A stretch of 19,746 nucleotides of DNA from assembly GCA_036351155.1 (NCBI GenBank), contig JAZBOO010000122.1:1-19746 (forward strand), given 5' to 3'. This stretch comes from Candidatus Krumholzibacteriia bacterium (lineage in GTDB: Bacteria > Krumholzibacteriota > Krumholzibacteriia > LZORAL124-64-63). Positions 7,889-15,045 of this stretch are shown piece by piece; the stretch's first letter is position 1; every line of letters begins with the position of its first letter. A model generated the notes under the pieces. It saw only the letters and a program-made list of their open reading frames with translations, ran no database searches and was not told the DNA's origin. A program made the translations under genes and the position numbers.

Positions 7889-8914
7889 ATGAAAAAGTTG
7901 ATGGTTTTGCCCTTGCTGCTCCTGATCGGGGGCCTCTTCCTGATGCAAGCCGGGTGCGGTGGCGATGACGATCCGGCCACGCCCCCGCAGGACGAGGATT
8001 GTTCGCTGAGTCTGACCCATCCTGTCGGTGGGTCCGACTATCTGAGTGGAGACCGGGTCGTCATCCGCTGGGGTGAAACCGGCAATGCCGATGAGGTCGA
8101 ACTGGAACTGCTCAAGGCCGGCAACCTGGTCGGGAGTATCGGCGTGGTGGCCAACGACGGTTACCAGAGCTGGGATGCCGACACCATGGGCGCCCTTTCG
8201 GGGACCGATTTTTCCATCCGGATCACCGCCGTGGGCGAGTCCGGGTGCACCGACACCGGAGCCGAGTTCACCATCATCAACACCGCCGGGTGCGAGCTGT
8301 CCATCGATTTCCCCGATTCGAACTGGCTGAACGCCGGGGACACATTTGAGATCGTCTGGAGCAGCCAGAACACCATCGGTAGTGTGAATATCGAGCTGTT
8401 GCGCATGGATTTGCCCGACGACGAGCCCGTGGGCTTCATTGCCACCGACACGCCGGACGACGGCTCCTTCCTCTGGACGGTGGACAGCCTGAACCAGGGA
8501 ACATACGAGTTCTTCTACCTGCGGATCACCGATTCCAACAACTCCTCCTGTTTTGCCGAGACCGGATCGTTCGGGATGGTGGACGATGACATCTGCGAGA
8601 TCTGGGTGAACGATCCTCAGCCTGGGGTGACCTGGGATGAGGGTGACCATCATGACATCGTGTTCACCGCTCCGTACGAGGATACCGAGCATGTGAACAT
8701 CAATCTCTACAAGGGTCTCCAGTTCGTGGATTTCATTGCCGTTCAGCTTCCGGTCACCGGCGTGGAGCAGGTCTACGACTGGCTGGTTTCCACCGGTGGG
8801 GATACCTCGGCTGGCTCCACATACCGGCTCAAGTTCATCGATGCCGATGACCCCTACTGCGTGACCTGGAGCCCTAATTTCACCATCAACCGGGATCTCG
8901 CTGCCAAACATTGA
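7889..8914 (+). CDS. Lipoprotein with three tandem ~100-aa beta-sandwich repeats (resembling the 'Ser-Thr-rich GPI-anchored'/Kre9-KNH N-terminal-like domain)
   Basis: Signal peptide MKKLMVLPLLLLIGGLFLMQAG-C followed by GGDDD. Three repeats follow the pattern C-x-[LI]...P...GD...I.[WF]...V.[IL].L...W...[IF]...C...F. AAAGGA SD upstream. Confidence 0.8.
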   Translation: MKKLMVLPLLLLIGGLFLMQAGCGGDDDPATPPQDEDCSLSLTHPVGGSDYLSGDRVVIRWGETGNADEVELELLKAGNLVGSIGVVANDGYQSWDADTMGALSGTDFSIRITAVGESGCTDTGAEFTIINTAGCELSIDFPDSNWLNAGDTFEIVWSSQNTIGSVNIELLRMDLPDDEPVGFIATDTPDDGSFLWTVDSLNQGTYEFFYLRITDSNNSSCFAETGSFGMVDDDICEIWVNDPQPGVTWDEGDHHDIVFTAPYEDTEHVNINLYKGLQFVDFIAVQLPVTGVEQVYDWLVSTGGDTSAGSTYRLKFIDADDPYCVTWSPNFTINRDLAAKH

Positions 8915-8931
8915 TCTGGACCTCACGGCAC

Positions 8932-9768
8932 ATGGAACCCAGGACGGGGATCGCACACGCGATCCTCGTCCTGGTTTTGGTCTGGGGAATGGCCGCGCTG
9001 GCACAGGAAGCGCAGTGGGGCCACGAGTTTCCCCACGAGTTTTCCCGTCCTGTCCTGGCGGAGCCCGAGGATGATTCCGGCCCTCCGGTGGCCGAACCGT
9101 TTTTTGCCTGGCTGATCAATCTGACCGAGACCGACACCCTGGGCACCTGGTCCGCCGAGGGGATTCAGTCCGCCCTCGGCCGGTGGCGGGGCGCTTCCCG
9201 CTTCCCGGTGGAAACCCTGCTCCAGCTGGAGAGACGTCGCCCATCGGAAGATGAACAGCGTTCCTGGCCGCACGCTGCGGTGCGCGCGGTGTGGGAAATG
9301 ACCTTGACCGAGGACCTGGAACGCAGCATGCCCTACAGCATCCTGGGCTATCACCCCGGCACCCTGCGTCTGAGTCGCCACCTGTTGCTCACCGAGGTGC
9401 GCGCCGGAACTCTGGCCTATGCCGATGGAGCTGACCCTCACCTGATGCGGGACGTGATCATGTTCCGGCTGGACCAGGGGTACCTGGTTCTGGACGTGGA
9501 CGGCCTGGTGGATCGATTGCTCGGCAAATCCCTGGATGATTCAGGCACCGTGGGCTTCGTCCTGGCCCGTGAAGAAGGCCGCTTGCTGGGGCTGGCGGTT
9601 TCCCGGGGACGCAATGGCCGCCGGATCTACGGCGAGTTCGATTTCCGCCGGGACAAGGTGTTGCCCAACGGCCGCCCGGCCGCCCGTGGCCTGAGCGCCA
9701 CCTGCCGGATGAAGATGCTGGAAGACTACACGGGTCCGGAACTGGGCCGCTGGGTGGATGGCCGGTAG
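8932..9768 (+). CDS. Secreted/periplasmic hypothetical protein
   Basis: Hydrophobic N-terminus ending ALA-Q (signal-peptidase-I-like). The ORF fills the gap between co-oriented genes with host-like codon usage. No family recognised. Confidence 0.7.
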   Translation: MEPRTGIAHAILVLVLVWGMAALAQEAQWGHEFPHEFSRPVLAEPEDDSGPPVAEPFFAWLINLTETDTLGTWSAEGIQSALGRWRGASRFPVETLLQLERRRPSEDEQRSWPHAAVRAVWEMTLTEDLERSMPYSILGYHPGTLRLSRHLLLTEVRAGTLAYADGADPHLMRDVIMFRLDQGYLVLDVDGLVDRLLGKSLDDSGTVGFVLAREEGRLLGLAVSRGRNGRRIYGEFDFRRDKVLPNGRPAARGLSATCRMKMLEDYTGPELGRWVDGR

Positions 9769-9851
9769 ATCAGGAGTTATATTCGGGGGACGGAAATCAG
9801 GCAGAATCATGCCGACCGGTTTTGGTGGAATCAACCCCATGGGGTGCACAG

Positions 9852-10748
9852 GTGACAGATCGCAAGCTGCTGGTGGCCGTCGATGTGGACGGCACCCTAT
9901 TGAATACCGAATTCGACGATGTGCTGGGCTCCAGGGAAATCGCTGCCCTGGAAAAGGTGCGCCAGTCGGGGCATACCCTGGCCCTGTGTACGGGCCGCAA
10001 CACCCGGTCGGTGCAGGGGCTGCTGGACAAATCAGGCTGGCATCCTGCGGACCTGCCGGTGGTTCTGCTGAATGGCGCTCTGGTCAAGGGGGGCACACCC
10101 CATCGTCAGCTGGTGTGCAATGTTCTGGACCGGGACCAGATCCGCAATCTCATTCCCCTGTTCCGCGACCACGACACGGTGCCCATGGTGTACGGAACCG
10201 ATGAGGATGGCGGTGCGTTGCACCACGAATCCCGTCCCCTGAACGATGTGCTGGGCCATTATATCTCCGTGCGTCGGGACACGGTGGGCGCCATCAACCT
10301 GGTGGATGACCTGCTGGATCTGCCCTGGGACACCGCGCTGGAAGTGGGAACCATCGACCAGGAGCCCCGCATCCGCGCCTTGACGGCCGCCATTCACGCC
10401 ACCTACCCTGGCCGGTACGAGGTGATCAATACCCGCTCCCTGCTGGGCGAGGGCCGGTTTTTCTGGGCCGAGGTGTATCGCTCGGGCAGCGACAAGGGGT
10501 CGGGGCTTTCCCGCCTGGCGGCCGAGCTGGGTTTTGCCCACGAAGATATCGTGGCCATCGGAGACAATTTCAATGACCTGGCCATGTTCGCTCTCGCGGG
10601 TTGTAGCGTGGCCATGGGCAACAGCCCGGCCGAGGTCCAGGCCAAGGCCCACCAGGTCACCGACACGGTGGACCGGGGTGGGGCCGCGGCCATCCTGGAA
10701 CAGATTGCTGCGGGCACCTTCGGGTGCCCAGCACCGCGCCATGATTGA
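9852..10748 (+). CDS. Cof-type HAD-IIB family phosphatase
   Basis: Motif I DVDGTLL, motif II CTGR, NGA, motif III Lys (SDKG), motif IV GDNFNDLAMF, then VAMGN. GTG start at 9852 is inferred. Confidence 0.93.
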   Translation: MTDRKLLVAVDVDGTLLNTEFDDVLGSREIAALEKVRQSGHTLALCTGRNTRSVQGLLDKSGWHPADLPVVLLNGALVKGGTPHRQLVCNVLDRDQIRNLIPLFRDHDTVPMVYGTDEDGGALHHESRPLNDVLGHYISVRRDTVGAINLVDDLLDLPWDTALEVGTIDQEPRIRALTAAIHATYPGRYEVINTRSLLGEGRFFWAEVYRSGSDKGSGLSRLAAELGFAHEDIVAIGDNFNDLAMFALAGCSVAMGNSPAEVQAKAHQVTDTVDRGGAAAILEQIAAGTFGCPAPRHD

Positions 10749-10763
10749 ACCAGTGAGGTTGAC

Positions 10764-12419
10764 GTGAGTCCCAAACGAGATCAGGAAAAGACCAAGGCTG
10801 GCCGGCCCTTTTCGGGCGGCCCGCTGGATGAGCCCGCGTCCGAAAGCCGGGACTGGCCGGCGGGTGAGCATTCCCTCGAAGAGAGCAACATCCGCGAGAT
10901 GGGTTATGCCTTCGTGGATCTGATCGTCGAGTACCTGAAGGGTCTGGAAGGGCGCCGTGTCTATGGCCCTCTGTCGCCGGTGGGCCTGGACGAGATGTTC
11001 GAGGAAAACCTGCCCGAAGACAGCACTCCCTTCGCAGATCTGTTGCAGGAGTGCCGGACCAGAGTTTTTCCCAACACCATGGCCATCGGCAGCCGTCGTT
11101 ATTTCGGCATGATGAACCCGGCCCCCCTGCCCATCGGCATCTTTGCCGAGGCGTTGACGGCGGCCATGAACCAGAATGCCGCCTCCTGGCGTCATGCCCC
11201 TTCCGGGACGGCCATCGAGAAGCGGGTCATCCGCTGGCTGTGCGATCTGTTCGGACTGCCCGAAACCAGCTTTGGCAGCCTGGCTTCCGGGGGGTCTCTG
11301 GCCAACATCACGGCCCTGAAGCTGGCCATCAACCGGGCCCTTGGGCGTGACCTTTCCCAGGTGGAGGATCTGGCGCCTCCCGGTCCCGAGATGGACAAGC
11401 TGACCTTCTACGTGTCCAGCCAGGGGCATTACAGCTTCGACAAGGCCATCGACGTGCTGGGGCTGGGCCGCGGCCAGTTGCGCAAGATCGGCCAGGATGA
11501 CATTTTCCGGATCGACCTGATGGAGCTGGAAAAAACCATCAAGGCCGACCTGGCGGCGGGGTTGAAGCCTGCCTGTATCATCGGCATCGGGGGCAGCACC
11601 AACACCGGCAGCATCGACAAGCTGGACAAGCTGGCGGAACTTGCCCGACGTTACGGGTGTTGGTTCCATGTCGACGCCGCCTACGGGGGCGCCGTGATTC
11701 TCTCCGAGATGTACGGGCCCATGCTACGGGGTATCAACGAGGCCGATTCGATCACCGTGGACCCGCACAAGTGGTTCTACATGCCCTTTGCCGCCGGCGG
11801 TATCCTGGTGCGTGAGGGCGATTTCCTGCGCAAGAGCTTCCTGGTGCACCCCGAGTACTACATGGAAAAGGTGCGGCAGGACGATGAAGGGCCGGACGAT
11901 CTGGAAACCAACGACCAGGGGCACCGGGTGATCCCCGACCGCCGGGGATTTCACACCGGGGACAAGGTCAACTTTTTCCAGTACGGGATTCAGGGCAGCC
12001 GTCGCCTCAACGCCCTGAAGCTGTGGATGGCTTTCAAGATGGTGGGCCGGAAGCAGTTTGCCGCCTGGATCGAGAAGGATATCGAGCTGGCACGCATCAT
12101 GGCGGCGAGCATGCGCCGGCAGCGCGATTTCCGTATCCTGGGCCCCAACACCCTGGGGATCTGCAACTTCCGCTGGGAGCCCCTGGACAGCAAGGGCCAG
12201 CTGAGGTTCAGTCCCGAAGAAAACGATCGGCTCAATCAGGATCTGCAGGACCTGGTCGAGCGTGAGGGCGATGCCTGGTTCAGCTTCACCCGCCTCAATG
12301 GCCGGGTGGCGCTGCGCATGAACGTGGAAAACCGCTGCATGGAGCAGGGGGATATCAAGCGGCTGGTGCAGATCATATTGCGCGCGGCCGATCAGATCCT
12401 GGAACGCAGGAACACCTGA
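10764..12419 (+). CDS. Group II PLP-dependent decarboxylase (DDC/GAD/DABA-decarboxylase family); substrate unknown
   Basis: Motifs SGGSLANITAL, HYSFDKA, GSTNTGSID, WFHVDAAYGG and DSITVDPHKW (PLP Lys), then SRR..ALKLW. GAGG SD before GTG 10764. Confidence 0.94.
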   Translation: MSPKRDQEKTKAGRPFSGGPLDEPASESRDWPAGEHSLEESNIREMGYAFVDLIVEYLKGLEGRRVYGPLSPVGLDEMFEENLPEDSTPFADLLQECRTRVFPNTMAIGSRRYFGMMNPAPLPIGIFAEALTAAMNQNAASWRHAPSGTAIEKRVIRWLCDLFGLPETSFGSLASGGSLANITALKLAINRALGRDLSQVEDLAPPGPEMDKLTFYVSSQGHYSFDKAIDVLGLGRGQLRKIGQDDIFRIDLMELEKTIKADLAAGLKPACIIGIGGSTNTGSIDKLDKLAELARRYGCWFHVDAAYGGAVILSEMYGPMLRGINEADSITVDPHKWFYMPFAAGGILVREGDFLRKSFLVHPEYYMEKVRQDDEGPDDLETNDQGHRVIPDRRGFHTGDKVNFFQYGIQGSRRLNALKLWMAFKMVGRKQFAAWIEKDIELARIMAASMRRQRDFRILGPNTLGICNFRWEPLDSKGQLRFSPEENDRLNQDLQDLVEREGDAWFSFTRLNGRVALRMNVENRCMEQGDIKRLVQIILRAADQILERRNT

Positions 12420-12443
12420 CCTGAAAACCGAAGGAGACCCTTG

Positions 12444-12917
12444 ATGTTGAGGAATACCGGAATTGTCCTGGCCCTGTTGATGGTGCTGGCCGGTTCGGCC
12501 ATTGCGCAGATGAAGACGTCCGCCGACGTGGTCAAGGCCGAGCCGGCCTCGGGCGAAGTGAGCGCAGTTGCGGGTCAGCGCGTGGATTTCACCATCAAGC
12601 TGGACATCGCCAAGAAGTGGCATATTTACGCCCACGGTGACACCAACTTCATTGGTGTGGATCTGGTGCCCAGCGAGTATTTCCCCCTGGAAGACTTCCA
12701 GGCCGAGTACCCCCATGGACACGAGGGAGAATTCTTTGGCGAGAAGGTCAAGATGATCGAGGGCAAGGAGACCATCGCGGCCTCGGCCCTGATTCCCGAG
12801 GGCATGCCGGCGGGCGAATATCCGCTGGAACTGGGTGTGACGGTGCAGGCCTGTGATGACAAAACCTGCCTGGCTCCGGTGGACCTCCCGGTGGTGATCA
12901 AGCTCCAGGTCAAGTGA
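12444..12917 (+). CDS. Secreted stand-alone DsbD N-terminal (DsbD-alpha-like Ig) domain protein
   Basis: Signal peptide ending AIA-Q, I..KWHIY motif, and QACDDKTCLAP redox Cys pair. AAGGAG SD at 12431-12436. Confidence 0.85.
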   Translation: MLRNTGIVLALLMVLAGSAIAQMKTSADVVKAEPASGEVSAVAGQRVDFTIKLDIAKKWHIYAHGDTNFIGVDLVPSEYFPLEDFQAEYPHGHEGEFFGEKVKMIEGKETIAASALIPEGMPAGEYPLELGVTVQACDDKTCLAPVDLPVVIKLQVK

Positions 12918-12951
12918 CGCCGGAGATCATTGAGTTCCGAAGGGGAAGCGG

Positions 12952-13221
12952 ATGAGGACAATTTACGTGGGCAACTTGCCCCTTGAAGCCTCGGAAGAGG
13001 ATGTGCGGGAACTGTTTGCTCAATTCGGAGAAGTGGCCAAGGTGAGCCTGATCTTTGACCGGGAAACCGGGACTCCCCGGGGGTTCGGGTTCGTGGAAAT
13101 GCCCCCTGAATTGGCCAGCGCCGCCATCGACGCACTGGATGGTGCGGATTTCCGCGGACGCAACCTTCGGGTCAACGAGTCCCGCGACAAGGGAGCTCGG
13201 CCACCTCGCCGCGAGTGGTAA
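12952..13221 (+). CDS. Single-RRM RNA-binding protein
   Basis: RNP2 IYVGNL and RNP1 RGFGFVEM, plus DRETG and GRNLRVNES, with a short basic tail. Confidence 0.96.
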   Translation: MRTIYVGNLPLEASEEDVRELFAQFGEVAKVSLIFDRETGTPRGFGFVEMPPELASAAIDALDGADFRGRNLRVNESRDKGARPPRREW

Positions 13222-13244
13222 CCCTGCGATCTGATCAAGAACTG

Positions 13245-13276
13245 AAAACGCCCCGGACCGGTTCCGGGGCGTTTTT
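13245..13276 (+). terminator. Intrinsic (rho-independent) terminator, possibly bidirectional
   Basis: Perfect stem AAAACGCCCCGGA / TCCGGGGCGTTTT with a 5-nt loop and T-tract, 23 nt after the RRM gene stop. Confidence 0.88.
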
Positions 13277-13393
13277 CCATGGCGCATACCGTGCGGCCCC
13301 TTCCAGCCCAGATAAAACATCCTGATCACATCCTGTCAGATCTTGCCTGGAGCCCTCCGGCAGGCCATTTTGGTGGCCACCGAAAGGACCCCT

Positions 13394-13516
13394 ATGAAAG
13401 CCCTGTTCGACATGCCCTGGTCCACCTTCGGCGCCATCGTGGTGCTGCTGGGAACCATCGTCCTGGCCCTGGTCTGGGCCTTCATTGACAAGCAACGTGA
13501 CCGGGAGGATGGCTGA
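13394..13516 (+). CDS. 40-aa single-pass membrane microprotein, putative symporter accessory subunit
   Basis: Translated by hand as MKALFDMPWSTFGAIVVLLGTIVLALVWAFIDKQRDREDG*. AAAGGA SD at 13383-13388. Its TGA (13514-13516) overlaps the symporter ATG (TGATG). GC3-rich codons. Not in the supplied ORF track. Confidence 0.85.
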   Translation: MKALFDMPWSTFGAIVVLLGTIVLALVWAFIDKQRDREDG

Positions 13517-14985
13517 TGCTGGTCTATGTCATCGTTCTGGTGGCCTATCTCGGTTTACTGGTGGCCATCGGCATCGTCACCAGCGGGCGCAGCCGCAACG
13601 CGGGCGACTTCGCCATCGGCGGCCGATCCGTGGGCCCCTGGGTCACGGCCCTGTCTTTCGTGGCCGCCTACTATTCCAGCGTGGTGATCATCGGGGGCGG
13701 GGCCTTCGGCTGGAAATTCGGCCTGTCCACGCTCTGGGTAGGAGCGGGCAATGTCCTGATCGGCACGACCCTGGCCTGGATCATCCTGGGCCGGCGCGTG
13801 CGCCGCTTCACCGAGAATCTGGACGCCATGACCCTGCCCGGCTTCTTCGCCGGCCGCTACCGTTCGGCCGAGGCCCGCATTTTCAGCGCCGCGGCCACGG
13901 CTCTTTTCCTGATCATCTACAACGTCAGTGTCCTGAAGGGCATGGCCAACAGCTTCGAGGTCCTCATGGACCTGCCCTACTGGGCGGGTGTGGTCATCTC
14001 CGGCGTGGTCATCCTCTTCTATACGGCCGTGGGGGGCTACCTGGCCGTGGTCTACACCAGCTTCGTGCAGGCCCTGGTCATGATCACCGCCCTCATCCTT
14101 CTGACCTTCATGTCCCTGCAGAAGGTGGGCGGCATGACCGCCCTCGTACACAAGCTCAACACGGTGGATCCCGGGCTGGTCAACACGCCTGGCGTCTGGG
14201 GCTGGGCCGGGTTGATCAGCTTCACTCTGATCGTCTCCCTGGGCACCTGGGGCATGCCCCAGCTGCTGGTGCGTTTCTACTCCATCAAGAATGACAAGAT
14301 GTTGCGGCTGGGCACGGTCATCGTCACGGTGGGCGCCTCGGTGGCGCTGTTGCCGTACCTGAACGGTGCGGTGGCGCGTGTCCTGGTGCCCGAGCTGGCC
14401 AGCGCCGACCAGGCCATTCCCGCGCTGACGGCCCTGGTGCTCAACGACTGGGGGGGCGCCCTGTTTCTGGCCGGAGTGGTGGCCGCGGGCATGAGCACCT
14501 TTGCCGGGGTTCTGATCATCATCAGCAGCAGCATGGTGCGCGACGTGTGGGTGCATGGTCTGAAGCGCGAGCTCGGCCCGGCCGCCGAGCTGAAGGCCAA
14601 CCGGTACATGAGTCTGGGCGTGGGGGTCATCAGCCTGTTGATCGCCCTCAAACCGCCGGCTCTGGTTCTGGTCCTGACCGCCTTTTCCTGGGCCGTGATC
14701 GCCTCGACCAACCTTTGGCCCTTGCTGTTCGGGCTGTACTGGAAACGCACCAGCGCCCGGGCCACCTTCTGGAGCATGATCCTGGCGGTGACCGCGGCTC
14801 TGGTCTGGCAGGCCTGGCCCCGCCTGGGCTGGCTGCCGGCCTTGCCCTCCGGGTTGGCGGGAATTCATGGCTTTGTGGTGGGAACCACGGTGGGTCTGGT
14901 GGTCATCGTGGTGGGCACCTGGCTGGGCAAGCCGGCTCCCACCGAAGCGGTGAAACAAGCCTGGGGAGAAATCGACAAGGGCTGA
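13516..14985 (+). CDS. Sodium:solute symporter (SSS; PutP/PanF-like)
   Basis: About 13 TM segments. Motifs DFAIGGRSVGPW..ALS, T.P.FF..RY, YTAVGG..AVVYT...Q, GMPQLLVRFY and AAGMST (Na2-site region). GGGAGG SD lies inside the upstream microprotein gene. Confidence 0.95.
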   Translation: MLVYVIVLVAYLGLLVAIGIVTSGRSRNAGDFAIGGRSVGPWVTALSFVAAYYSSVVIIGGGAFGWKFGLSTLWVGAGNVLIGTTLAWIILGRRVRRFTENLDAMTLPGFFAGRYRSAEARIFSAAATALFLIIYNVSVLKGMANSFEVLMDLPYWAGVVISGVVILFYTAVGGYLAVVYTSFVQALVMITALILLTFMSLQKVGGMTALVHKLNTVDPGLVNTPGVWGWAGLISFTLIVSLGTWGMPQLLVRFYSIKNDKMLRLGTVIVTVGASVALLPYLNGAVARVLVPELASADQAIPALTALVLNDWGGALFLAGVVAAGMSTFAGVLIIISSSMVRDVWVHGLKRELGPAAELKANRYMSLGVGVISLLIALKPPALVLVLTAFSWAVIASTNLWPLLFGLYWKRTSARATFWSMILAVTAALVWQAWPRLGWLPALPSGLAGIHGFVVGTTVGLVVIVVGTWLGKPAPTEAVKQAWGEIDKG

Positions 14986-14998
14986 AAACAGGAGAATC

Positions 14999-15007
14999 TG
15001 CTATAGT
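14999..15007 (+). promoter_or_regulatory. Putative extended -10 promoter for the racemase/thioesterase/transporter operon
   Basis: TGcTATAGT matches TGnTATAAT with one mismatch, about 40 nt upstream of ATG 15046. No clear -35. Confidence 0.4.
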
Positions 15008-15045
15008 GCCGGCAAAGTCTTTTTCCATCAACCGGCAGGCGGACC

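Noticed and set aside
9834..9845. Perfect 12-bp palindrome ACCCCATGGGGT just before the HAD start
   Set aside because: A single occurrence that overlaps the probable SD. It is plausible by chance in 20 kb of GC-rich DNA and has no corroboration.
10032..12722. Minus-strand ORFs 10032-11669 and 11724-12722
   Set aside because: Antisense shadows of the HAD, decarboxylase and DsbD-N genes.
13285..13330. TPP-riboswitch-like fragments (ATACC, CCTGATC) upstream of the symporter
   Set aside because: The essential CTGAGA and TAATGCC...GCG..GG elements are absent.
13279..14294. ORF-track ORFs 13279-13488 and 13485-14294
   Set aside because: Off-frame, with Arg/His/Gly-rich junk composition. The 13394-13516 microprotein and the symporter explain the region better.
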